Part shown: in pieces, positions 11,201-22,420 of the stretch
Numbering within the stretch: position 1 is the first letter of the stretch
How the letters are laid out: every line of letters begins with the position of its first letter
Source: Phoronis australis
Taxonomy: Eukaryota > Animalia > Phoronida
Length of the DNA stretch: 64,000 nt
Assembly (NCBI GenBank): GCA_002633005.1
Contig: NMRA01000176.1
Span: forward strand, 1-64,000
Direction of reading: 5' to 3'
Translations under genes and position numbers: made by a program
Notes under the pieces: model-generated
What the model was told of the DNA's origin: nothing
What the model saw: the letters and a program-made list of their open reading frames with translations, nothing else
Databases searched by the model: none

Positions 11201-13356
11201 TTTCTGTCAGTTGATCTCTCTTTAAGTTGAAATTGTGACAAATTCTCTCGCAATTTCCAAGGAGGTCAGTGCCACGACTGCAACCGGGGAATCGCCTTGA
11301 AAAGCAGTTGAAAAATTCGCAATTTCCATGCTCGGAGTAATCCACACAACTTTGCTCAACCGCTGAAAATGACAGAAAGGATACTACCTAATGTAATGGT
11401 CATCAACTCAAGACACCATGGTCATAATGACCTAATTGGCTTATTTTGACATGTCAGAGTTGATGTGGCGCGAAAAACATAGTGCGCTGTTAAAAATTCT
11501 CGCTTTGCCCACGTATATTCAGCTCAAGTTGTGAGTTGCCAGGACATCCCATTCAGGTATATGCAGCTCGGAAGTGAATCCAAGGTGACACCGAGCCTTT
11601 TTATATCGGCTTTCATGTTCAATACTTGCTGGCCACGACGGAATCGAAACATTTACCACCGAATAGCCGGTAATGGAATAAAAAGGTTCGCGTAATGATA
11701 CTGCCCTCAGCAGTTCAAGCACATCTCCTTGGGTGGGTTCGCGATCTTGGAATCAAAGTAAAAAAGTAGAATGGATCTAAAATGTTGTTAGTTATCCCAC
11801 TGAATAGCAGCGAAAATAGTACAAGCATGTGAGAACATTTCAGGTGAATTTGAAAAAGATCTTTGGAAGTGATCTGCAAGGTGACTTGGGGGCATTTCAT
11901 ACTAACGTCGACGCGTCGATGTTTTGGGGAGTTGTGGTCAGTATGAACGGTTAACTTCGGTCCTGGATCAAAGTTAACAGCGTCGACGCTGCGGTGCAGT
12001 ATGAACGGTCAACTTCGGTCCCATCGAAGTTTCTCGCCAGGTGCCACTTTTATCGTCAATAGTTAGAGGATAGTGTAGTAGCTAACTATTATTAATTTTT
12101 GCTCGAATAATCACCAATCGAATTAAAACCAAGTCTCATGTCAAATAGCGCTTGTAAATGTTCCCAAATTGTCGCATTTAAAAAACCTTAGCGTGCAGCG
12201 CTACCTTGCGATTACTTCGATAGCAACAGCGTCACCTACCGTTTATTTCGATGTCCGTTTACTACCGAAGCCAATATATGAACGGTTTAGTTAACTCAGT
12301 ATAAAATGGCCTTTGGAAAAATTATCACGTTTAAAAAACGTTAGGGTGCAGCGCTACCTTGCAATTACTTCGATGGCAACAGCGTCACCTACCGTTTATT
12401 TCGATGTCCGTTAACTACCGAAGCTAGTATGAACGGTTTAGTTAACTCAGTATGAAAAGGCGCGTTTGGAAAGTTATTATCTGTTGAGTTCGCAAGAATG
12501 CAACTTAAGTAGAACGTGTGGAGTGAACCACTGACACAAAAAATAACATAAAATTTGATCCAAAGTACCGAAATTTGCTTGTGTAGCCTCGTGGTATCCA
12601 GATAGGATTCATGATCGACTCTGTCGAAGTTGTTATTAGTGTGGCTGCTACGTAGATTTAGAAGTATATAAGGCGTTCTTGGGAACATTAAAATGCAGAG
12701 ACCCCGAATATATGGCCACGCCTATTCTTCGCCGGATATAAGGTCCTGAGTCGTTTTTCCCTGTGTTTCTTGAGAATTAAAATTATGTAGAGTGCTAAAG
12801 GTCAGTAAAATTGAATAATATTTTTCCTGAATTTTTATAACATGCACAAGTACAAGGCCTTACCTTCGAATTTATAACCACGGCCTTGCTTTTGCATGTG
12901 AAACTGAGTTTATGGTATCTTAGTTTCCTTGAAAATTACTCAATGTTTTAAAGCCGATATACGAGTATAGTCTACACTTTCAGTGGGAGTCAGTGGCGAA
13001 TCTAGTGGACAGTGGTTCTGGGAAATTGTCCTCCCTCCTCATGGGATACAATTAGAATGAAAAAAATGGCCGCCAACAAAAATCGACCCTGCTGGCCAGA
13101 GTAAATTGAATCATCGCCATTGGAAGTATCTTTTCGTTTATCTGGTAATAGGCTACTCATACTTACGTCCTCGGACCCTCATGAAGACCCCGTGGTGTCC
13201 ACCAAACCCCCTGCCATGGCAACCACGGTGACGTAAGCAGGGTAGCCTCCAGCCAAATGAGTGCCGTCCGCCAAACCGATGTCTAGAGAGACTCAAAGCA
13301 CTACCGCACAAAATGACGGAAATAAAAACAAGCATGTAAGGTCTAGTGAACTCCAT
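8142..13356 (-). CDS. Secreted stanniocalcin-family protein (4 exons: 13356-13167, 11362-11199, 10413-10199, probable 8220-8142)
   Basis: Spliced product: signal peptide MEFTRPYMLVFISVILCGSALS, an R/H/G-rich segment, then CVDYSEHGNCEFFNCFSRRFPGC...ERIC-x23-C-x16-C-x13-C-x6-C, matching stanniocalcin Cys spacing; TETGQRWLNDSRAC resembles STC1 DTQGKAFVKESLKC. GT-AG sites are phase-compatible (1,0,2). The last exon is uncertain. Confidence 0.8.
8674..9126. mobile_element. TTAA-flanked MITE (Kolobok-like)
   Basis: ttaa|agttatatagaac ... gtcctacataacc|ttaa terminal inverted repeats; paralogous copy at ~16357-16850. Confidence 0.65.
9295..9375 (-). mobile_element. tRNA-derived SINE head (degenerate)
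   Basis: Minus strand has an A-box-like tagctccgtcggcacagc and a B-box-like ggttcgattgc; not seen in the paralog. Confidence 0.45.
10199..10413 (-). CDS. Stanniocalcin-like exon 3
   Basis: Acceptor tttaag|GGT (or gtcag|CGG at 10407), donor TC|GTAAGT; GQRWLNDSRACVMRDL...LCEAFRENLDGMVDVF; highly conserved in the paralog. Confidence 0.88.
11199..11362 (-). CDS. Stanniocalcin-like exon 2
   Basis: Acceptor cattttcag|CG, donor ACA|GTAAGT; VEQSCVDYSEHGNCEFFNCFSRRFPGC...QLTET. Confidence 0.88.
12180..12460. repeat. Tandem direct repeat (~150 bp x2) in intron 1
   Basis: ttag.gtgcagcgctaccttgc.attacttcgat.gcaacagcgtcacctaccgtttatttcgatgtccgtt...ttagttaactcagtat repeated. Confidence 0.9.
13167..13356 (-). 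CDS. Stanniocalcin-like exon 1 (signal peptide + Arg/His/Gly-rich segment)
   Basis: ATG at 13356, hydrophobic signal, donor GGA C|GTAAGT conserved in the paralog. Confidence 0.85.
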
Positions 13357-13412
13357 AGTGGCAAGTTTTGAAGGTCTCAAGACAAAAAACGTAAGACGAC
13401 TGTGACTGCGTA

Positions 13413-13423
13413 ATTTAATATAA
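13413..13423 (-). promoter_or_regulatory. TATA-like box of the stanniocalcin-like gene
   Basis: Minus-strand TATATTAAA ~60 nt upstream of the ATG; paralog similarity extends only ~50 bp further. Confidence 0.4.
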
Positions 13424-13783
13424 GTGTTTCGGGTGTGGTTGCCTGTGACGTGTTAGGTTGTGATTGGGTAAAGACTTGTTTTAGCTGCACTAATTTCTAC
13501 GTTGACACTTATAATATAGCCTGCTTTTAATCCGTGCCTTGTTTGACCTGTTCTACTTCCTGTTGTGCATTTTCAAAACTGCAGGCTCGTTTTTTTCGGT
13601 AAAGCTGTTGTACGTGAACTTAGAATCTTCAATGAATTTGTTATACTTTTCTATTCCAAATTCACGCACGTAATCTTGAGATTAAGCAAGCATTTGCGAA
13701 ATCTAGTATGAAACGTTTGAGTAAATTTTCGGTAAATTTGCTCAATATTATGTTTTGCTTAAGTAAATCATTGTTTCATAATT

Positions 13784-14019
13784 CAGTGGCAGATCTACGA
13801 TTTCAGTAAGGGGGGGTTTAGGATTCGAGAGAATCCGAGGCGCGTAGCGCCGAGGGGAAAGAAGGTCGCGAGAGGGTTTCCCTCCTCCCGTGTAAGATTT
13901 TTTGGGATTTTTAGTAGCTAATTTCGTTTTTCTGGCGATTTTTTTCCAGTTTTTATTTTTGATCCTGTCCCGAGGGGGGGGTTTAAACCCCCCGAAACCC
14001 CCCTGTAGATCCGCCTCTG
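13784..14019. mobile_element. hAT-like MITE with 5-bp flanking duplication
   Basis: TIR CAGTGGCAGATCTAC...GTAGATCCGCCTCTG; flanked by TAATT on both sides. Confidence 0.75.
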
Positions 14020-15340
14020 TAATTAAAAGCCTATATGTAATGATTCTCTTTCTGGGCTAAATTTGTAGAGGTATTTTCATATTCATCAGTGTCTTGACTA
14101 ATGAAGTCGCCATTGCTCTTTCAAGGCCGGCATGCTTGACTTCATTTTCATTGACATCGTCCTTAGTCAAGTTTTTTGTAAATTGCTACCCTAGTAGGAT
14201 AGCATTATCAACTTCTAGGCCTGCAAGGACCCAAAGGATCTGTAATCGTTTCTAATCTGATTAAGGTACAAGGTACAACACTTGTTGGGTAAAAGTGTTA
14301 TTTTGGCAAATACAGTGGAAATACTAATTTCATCTTTAAACACACAATTTACTGAATATTAGTTTTTCATTGGTATGCTGTGTGATGTCAAGAGGTCTAA
14401 ATATTGATGACAATAATTATAGAATATAACTCTCCAAGGCTCTGTTGACAGGTTTTGAATGGTCTCATTGAGATGATTGCACATTCCTGGCCTACAATAT
14501 TTTTGCCTTTCTCTGCTACAGACACAATGTATATAAAGACTTCATGATACACAAAACTGGCGCAGTGAAATGATGCTCTCCAGTACACTTGCTTGAGCGC
14601 AATATCTTGCAAACCACTGCCCAGCATTCGCTATTATCCTCTAAAAGCAACCACGTTCGTTTGAGTGAAGTAACATATGAGTATGCGTCGTTTGCTGGTT
14701 GTAACATCTCTAAAGACAGTTGATAACATTTAACAACTGGACTGAAACATGGTGGCACATATTAATGTTTGATACAAATGATTCCGTGTGAGTGAGGAGC
14801 GTACAAGAGTAAAGACATATAATTATAAGGTGCGTAATCTTGATTTTTCGTTATGCAAGATGGGCGATTTTCAGCAGTTGTCCTTGTCCTTGAAGGTTGT
14901 CTAGTATCAGGACAGTGTTCCTTAGCGCTTTCATTTTTATGTTGTATTTAGTTGTCTATAGTACATAAAATACTTGCATGTGATGGATGATCTTGTTCGA
15001 ATCTCTGACACAACTAAATGTTCATTGGTACGATGCGGAAACAGAGCAAAATAGATTTACTTGATTTTCCAACATTCCCCTACTAAAAACAAATCTCGAT
15101 CCTTGTTCACTTTTCAAAGTTCGTTGTACATGTGCTAGTCACATGTATTATCCATTATGAAAACCGCTTCCCTACGTAACGACAGCCTTCCTCGATTATG
15201 GCAAGCGAGGATGATGGATCTAGAATGCTGGAAGGGGGAAGAAGTCATAACCACGATTTTCGACCGAAAATGTTCGCGCAACCCGTAAAACCGGCATGTC
15301 GACGTGGTTATGATTCATCTAGTTTAATTCTGACTCTGAG

Positions 15341-15568
15341 GAGGCAGTGTGGCCTGGTTGATAAGTGTCCTATTTCTTTACTCGAGGTCGTGAGTTCCGA
15401 GTCCCACCAGGTCACACTGCTAAACCCTTGAGCCAGGTTTCTAGCTCCTCAGCTCGGTTTTAACCATACATGTATATTAATAAAGCATAAAAATATTTCC
15501 AGGTGATCAGTGCAATGGGCCCACATGCGAGGCCTGGTACAACGTGTATTAGACCGCCTCCAATTATT
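15341..15568 (+). mobile_element. tRNA-derived SINE
   Basis: A-box-like tggcctggttgataag, B-box-like gttccgagtcc, AT-rich tail; insertion relative to copy 1 (empty site ctgactatgagc at ~7893). Confidence 0.7.
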
Positions 15569-18194
15569 TATGAGCACTTAACTCTTGAGGTTTTTAGCAA
15601 AATGTTACGTGGAGTTGTTTTGATTTGATGTTGAGAACTTGGACTAGTTACTTATAAAGTGGAAATGCAGCCAAGGGATAATTCTGACCCTCATGTTTTA
15701 ACATGTTTCCAAATCCAGACGAACGAGAGGTTCTGCTAAAAATTTAGACGCTGGTATCTCGCAAAATGCTTCATCGTTGAACATACAATATAATACATTA
15801 CTCGTCAAGGCACATTTGTCCACTTGAAGTGCTTGAAAGGTAATCGAAAAAGAGCACATCAGTAAATATCGAGTTACACAGCCTGGAAAGAAGATTAATT
15901 TGAGGCACTGGTGCCATAGGCAAGATACAGTTTGTAAGCAAACCATTGGACTTCTATCACGTTTCATGTGTATATATGCAACTCTTGAACCAAAACGTCT
16001 TCCTGGCGTTAGCAATGATGCATATTGTATATTCATATTGGCTTAGAGTCCGCAAATCGACGTAACATTTCCGCGACGTAGCGTGACATTCCTTCACTCA
16101 TGCCAGACATCATGTCACGTGCCAGCGATGCATCACAGGTTCGCAATTTCCAAAACATTCGCAACATAAATCTACAAATAGATACGGGATGTCAAATTAT
16201 TTGTTGCATCCGTGCTAACAAACGCTGAAGATTTTTTTCCATTTCATTTTTTCGTATGAGCGGTTGGCTATGCTTGTCTTCTGTATATCTTATTTGTTGA
16301 TATAACTTCAGTTTCAATCTAAGACCCAGGCACTACCTTTGTTATCCGTACACTTAAGGTTACATAGAACCTTTTACATAAGACTGTGCATTAAGGCAAA
16401 TATTTACAAAACCAATAAAATTAACCTCAGCATAATTACGTTACTTTCTGAGAGTAGAAAATTCGTAAAATTTGATTTTGTCATTATACCAATCAGTCAG
16501 TAATTAGGTCACGTGACCATGCATTTTAGTAAAATTAAGTAAAAAAGAAAGGTACATTCATAACAAAACAGCAGGATCAATAATATGAGCAAATTTCGTA
16601 TAATATAAATGTTCAAGATAACATTTCCAAAACGCTGTTACAGTTTTCGTTTCATAAAACTAAAAATTGCTTTCACACAAATTGTATTGTATAACTCTTG
16701 TTTTTTGATAGCCCCTCATGCAAAAATGGAACATGTTTAAACAGTGCCTAGACGTGTTTTGGAGCAATGTGCATAAAACATAGCGCCTGAAAGGTTCATG
16801 TGAATCTAACCAGCCATTTCTGAGATTTGATGTTCCGAAGTTTGCCATTAATTGAACATTTTGAGGCCATCAGTGACTCAAGGAAACGCTTCCAATAAGT
16901 AGCGTCCGCAAAAACGCCCATGTACATGTACGTGTACGCATGGTCTTTGGCTTGAGTTGGTAACGGAAATAGAATCCTATCATAATCATGGGAAATATTT
17001 TATAAGATTAAAGGTGACATACGATTGTATTTTTGCCAGCTAAGCACGCGACATGCAGCATTAGCTGATAAAGTTGGGGACCTTGATTTCAACAAATGTC
17101 TTTCAGACGACAGCCAGAATTTGAGATTTGTAATAAAATCACAAAAACCACTCGACAGATTTTGTTATTGTATATCTCTGGTCAAAGCTGATAATTCGTC
17201 CCACAATAATAACTCCAAAATGCGTTTTTGCGGTAGCAAAACTGATGCTGTCCCTTTAATGACCATTTCGCACTGAGCAACGCTGATATTCGTGACAATT
17301 CGCAGAGATTCAAACAGCTAGTTGGCGTAACTGGCAGAATTGTTGTTTGGTATGCACGGTGGATTACTAGCCTATTCCATAGCACAACTGAGCAAAATCT
17401 TGCCTCTCACTTTTGTTGGGGGCCACTGATGTGTTGCAAAGAACAAATAAGCCTACATGAGTCTTGGGGGTGTAACCGAGGTAACGTTTCCATAAGTGAC
17501 TTTTGCTATCACCCACGCAAATAATAATTGATTCTTATTTGTAAAGTAGCTATTTATGCAGTACTATTAAAATTAATTTATTTCACTTCGGAATTGTTTA
17601 TGCTGATATACAATCACTGAGTTGGTCGCAACATCTATCACATGTTTTAAGTATCCCCCAACCACGTTTTCTTGTTTGTTTTCCGCAAAGCATGGGTGTA
17701 TGCTGTAAGTCTCTCAAGTTCACCGAAAAACCACTTTCCTGTTTGTGGGAAAACATGGACGACGATCTAAGCTTATTGGTCAAGATGTTAATACAAATTT
17801 ACAACATCGATGACCGGCCTGATCCTCTGAACACGTCTACCATGTCATCATGGTTCTCCCGAAAAGCTTGACAGAGGTCGCCATTGTCTATACAGTCTAA
17901 CATCGTGTCGACTATCGCCTGCTTTATTTCGTGACATCTGTACATGTTTATGGGGCGGTAGCGAGTTCTCAAATCTCTCATGACACATGCCCGAGAATAA
18001 TTAAGCCACCGCTGACATAGCATACGATAGGAATGTAAAGTGTCTCAAAAATTAGCAAAACTATTACGAATTTAAAAGTGCCAAGAAATGGTGTAAGTGG
18101 GATCTTAGGGTGTAGTTTGTATTTCAAGCATAGAAGTTGGAAAGAAGAAAGATGCACAACAGACTGTTTTACATTATAAATGAGATTTTTTTAT

Positions 18195-20860
18195 TTCTGC
18201 AACTGCGCCCCTTGTTGAAACTGAACACGGGTGCCACAGGTGGGGCGACAAGTGGACACGTGAAGGTGGTAAACCATGGAGCTGGTCCGTAGGATAAAGG
18301 TAACGATGGAACGGATACGGGCACAGCAGAAGACGGTGGAATCTCGTCGTCGTCATCGCGGTCACAAGTTTCAGATGATGCAGCTGGAATGTCAGTAACT
18401 TCCGGTGGAACACGGTAACCCTCGCTCTGTTTGACACGGTAAGAAGCATTACGTAGCTGATCTCCACATGACATTGGAAGCACCAACAAGGTATGGACGG
18501 GCTCTGAACTTGTCCCTGTCGGAGTAGAGGTGAACGAGGTCACCGATGGATGTGTCGCATTCTACTGCCTGGTTGGCCAAAGGAGCCTTGGATCGCGCAT
18601 TGGGTCTATGGTTGGTGGAGCGCCGTTGCCGTTGGGAAGAGATCAACAAGTTGTCATGAACTGGTAGTTGGCAGTTGGTGAAATGGTCGCGTTTAAACCA
18701 CGTCTCTCTGTGGGGTGATGAACGATGCACAGTAAGGTATGACTCTTGACATAGCTTTCACGGCTCCGATGAAGGATCTCATTTGTCGAACAGAACCAGG
18801 TTTGGGACAAGACGAGAGAGCAGCTATCCGATGTGAGCTAGCTAGTAAAGTACCCATCTCCCAAATCCAGCTGAGGACTTTTGTGCGTCGTGGGCTATGA
18901 CTGTCTTCGTAGGAGATAGACGGAGGCCGGCTATGGACAATGAAGACAGCACCTTTTTCCAGTTGATAATCAAGTCTGTAATAGTCTGACCACCACATTA
19001 GAGGTCGTCGGCAAGGTTGGTGACGGCACCTTCTTCCAAAAGCTAGCCCAATAAACTACACATCAACTCTTCCAAAACGTTTTCCGAACCGGGCATACCC
19101 ATGGCGCAACGTCTGTGGACACGGATACCTCGGAAAGGTGTGGATACGCCACCATATTTCATGGATTTTCATGACAAAGGAATTTGATAGAAGGCACTCG
19201 TAAGATCAGTCTTGATGATGAACTTCCATTGACCAATCTTCCGAAGCACGGAATCTACGTCACGCATGAAAGATGGTTGAGGCTTGGCGTACCGGCCGAT
19301 GTCTGCAATTCCTGTAACTAAACGAAAACCTCTGTGGGGTCTCTTGACTAGAAACGAATGATTAAGACATTCTACTGTAATATCAATATCCTCTGGACGA
19401 GCGAATACTCCCAGTACGTCGAGCTTGATGAATTTTTGTTGCAATTCCAGGAGCTTGTGCTTGGAGTATTGGGGGATGCGACCTTTCCTCTGTGGAGGTT
19501 GCGTACGACCTATGTTGACAACGTCCTCGAACGGACCTGTGGCGCCATTTTGCGAATGCACGATGCTGGGCGTGGAACTTGTCCCGATCTGCAGCATGCA
19601 ACATATTGTCGGGATCAACGGCGACAAAGCAATGGTAATCCAAGGTAGTTTTGGTTTACGGGGTACACTGGGTGGCTGTCGGGGATCCAACTGGGACCTC
19701 TGAATGAATGGACACGGCATGCACCTGACAAAACTGCTCATCTCTTCGCAAAAAGTCGTGGTTCAACGTCTAACATTTACATTTTTAACATTTTTAAGTA
19801 GAACTGGGCCATTGGTAGCCGCTCGTGGACCTATTTCTTTGACAAAGAAAGGCGTTCACAATGCGCTATTCAAGACCACGTTCTCAAGCCACTTTCTGTT
19901 TTTAATCACCAGTCTTGAGCCAGAGAAGACTCGCGTGTAGGTATGTTTTATGGGAAAGTCACTCAGCCCCGTAATAAGATTATGAGATGTGTAAAAAGAG
20001 CTCAAATACCTCAATTGCCACAGGTCGAGGGGGTCATGGGTCGAGGGGTGTGGGGTCGAGGGGGTTTCAGAACAATCCCTGGTTTTACGCATGGAACGTG
20101 TGTCCTCGATGGACCTAAGCTCATCAAGGAGTGAGTTCATAGCATGAGAAATTTCAGTCTTGATGGAGGCGAGGGACTTGTTGAGCAACTCTGCGCCATA
20201 TCGTTGCTTAACAATTTGAGGTAGACCAGCTGTAACCGTAAAAACACTATAGTATTTTCGAGGAGGGAGTCATGTCTTCGTCGATGTCGACAGCTGCGCC
20301 ATGATGCGTTATGCCACAGATCTAAGAGCTGGGCTCCAGTGGAAGCGAAGCCGAAATGTTGGCGGATTTGCTGCCAAATGTCCTGGTAAGAGGTGGATGA
20401 CTTCACGATAGAATTACGTGATATGACTGGACAAAAATTAGCAATTTGTCCCTGTATAAGTTCTAAATGAGCCAATTTCACGTGAGGAGAACGCCGCTGC
20501 GGTTCTGGGGTGTCTTCGGGGTTGTCGGTCAGATCATGTGGTGGAGCAGCGGCGGTTTTCTTGAGCCAACTAACGCTGTCGACATGAAATGGCGCAAAGT
20601 GAGGGTCTCACGAGAGGATGTACAACAAATTCTGCCTCCAGGCATCAAATGAGGTTATAGTCTCATTTTTTGGTGAGTGGCCAGTGTTTCGGAACTCAGG
20701 TCGAAGCCATGTGGCTGCCACCATGCCAGATAAACTGAACAATAAGTTGTAAGTTTAACGACAACACCACAAGACGGAACCGGTTCCGACCAAACACAGT
20801 TGTACGAATAACAATGCAATGACGCAAATAGCAGTGGACCTAGTATTGTAAATAAGTCTA
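18195..20860 (-). mobile_element. Decayed, internally deleted Ty3/Gypsy LTR retrotransposon (gag-pol remnants)
   Basis: gag from ATG 20710 (VPKHWPLTK/NETITSFDAWRQNLLY; [21 protein letters not shown]...IRQHFGF); RT motifs [40 protein letters not shown]; PBS-like TGGCATGG at ~20728; many stops and frameshifts. Confidence 0.88.
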
Positions 20861-22079
20861 TGGGGACATTTCACGCGCAAGTCGAGAGACACATCTTGAA
20901 GTGATCTCGACTGTTAGATGACTTGGAAAGTTACATGTATTATCTGTGAATGCGCAAGAATGCAATCCAAGTAGATGAATGAGTGGAGTATTGTTTATTT
21001 CTAATTTAAGGTAGGCTCCATCAACCGCTGAGATAAAATATAACATAAAACTCGATCATGGCGGCGTTCTGTCGTTCAGCAACTTTTCCAGACGTCAGGG
21101 GTTCTGAACGTGCGATAACATCTGGCTCCTTTGCGCCCAGTACAGTCTTTTGTCCCGTAAGACAACAAGCGGGCCAATTATCTCCCAGGCTTCAAAGGGT
21201 TAAACATGGCAGAATGGATTGTTTTAACTTCTGTTGTAGTTGGGCGATTTTGGTGATTCACAAACTAAACATGGTCAGCATTTGACAAGGAATTCAGAAA
21301 TGTTATTGGTTTATGTTCAAATATGTTGTAACTTAACTTTCATTTTTAGCAGCACAGCCCAGTCAGGCTAGATAGGATCTGATCGGAGATTAGAGCAATT
21401 ATCGAACAAAATAAAACCGGCCCTCCAACCATAAATGCAAAACTGGAGTTAATCAGTCGTATAAGATATTGGCTACAGGGGTAAACTTCTCAACTTGTTG
21501 TTGGGCTATAGAATATCGAACAAGTTGGGAGCAACGGGAAAACGCCGTAATGGATCCAAAATCCGCAAGGTGCATGTGTAGTCTCGTGGTGTCCAAATAC
21601 GATTCGTTGTTTAGTCTGTCCAAATCATTATTAGTGTAGCTACTATGTAGATCTAGAAGTAAATAAGGCATACGTGGGTGCATTTAAATGGGAGACCCCG
21701 AATGTAGGACCATGCTTATTCGTCGGATATGAGGTCATTCGTTTTTTCCTTTGTTTCCAGACAATAAAAATGATAACTGCTGCTAAAGTAGTAAAACTGA
21801 ATACTCAATAAAATCAAACATCAAATGAAGAGCAAAATCTCGCGAACACAATCGCATAATTGAAATAATTTGTTTCCTGAATTTTCTTAACATGCCGCTG
21901 TAAGGCCTTGCATTCATGTATTAGGCGATGGCCTTACTTTTGCATGCGAAAATAGGCTTAAGGTAAACCAGTTTCTTTGAAAAACCACTCAATATTTTAA
22001 AGCCAGTATATCGTCTAAGCATTCAATGGGAGTTACATGTAGTGGCAGATCTACGTGAGAGAGATTCAGGGGAGTTAGG

Positions 22080-22420
22080 TCTTCCCTTACCACGGGACAC
22101 GATTAGAAGAAAAAAATAGCCGCCAACACAAATCGACGCTGCCGGTCAGAGTATGTCTAATCCTCGTCTCTGGGAATATCTGCTGGTCGAGCCACTTCTA
22201 GACTATTCGTACTTACGTCCTCGGACTCTCATGAAGTCCCTACGGCTGTNTCTTCCCTTACCACGGGACACGATTAGAAGGAAAAAATAGCCGCCAACAC
22301 AAATCGACGCTGCCGGTCAGAGTATGTCTAATCCTCGTCTCTGGGAATATCTGCTGGTCGAGCCACTTCTAGGCTATTCGTACTTACGTCCTCGGACTCT
22401 CATGAAGTCCCTACGGCTGT
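22080..22420. other. Near-identical 170-bp direct repeat separated by a single N (likely contig-overlap artefact)
   Basis: 22080-22249 is nearly identical to 22251-22420, with n at 22250. Confidence 0.8.

Larger units (their letters stand above)
7730..13470. repeat. Tandem segmental duplication, copy 1 (intact stanniocalcin-like gene)
   Basis: Collinear similarity to ~15170-22720, from cctacgta..acagccttcc to gacgtgttag.ttgtgattggg. Confidence 0.9.

Noticed and set aside
12690-12795. Possible alternative exon with TM-like and basic residues (LYIILILKKHREKR / AVIIFIVWKQRKKR)
   Set aside because: Phase-compatible acceptor, but the hydrophobic stretch is too short, the copies differ by a frameshift and stop at different places; may be part of the decayed intronic ORF.
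22080-22420. Apparent duplicated exon-1 donor in STC copy 2
   Set aside because: Near-identical repeat split by a single N; typical scaffolding overlap artefact.
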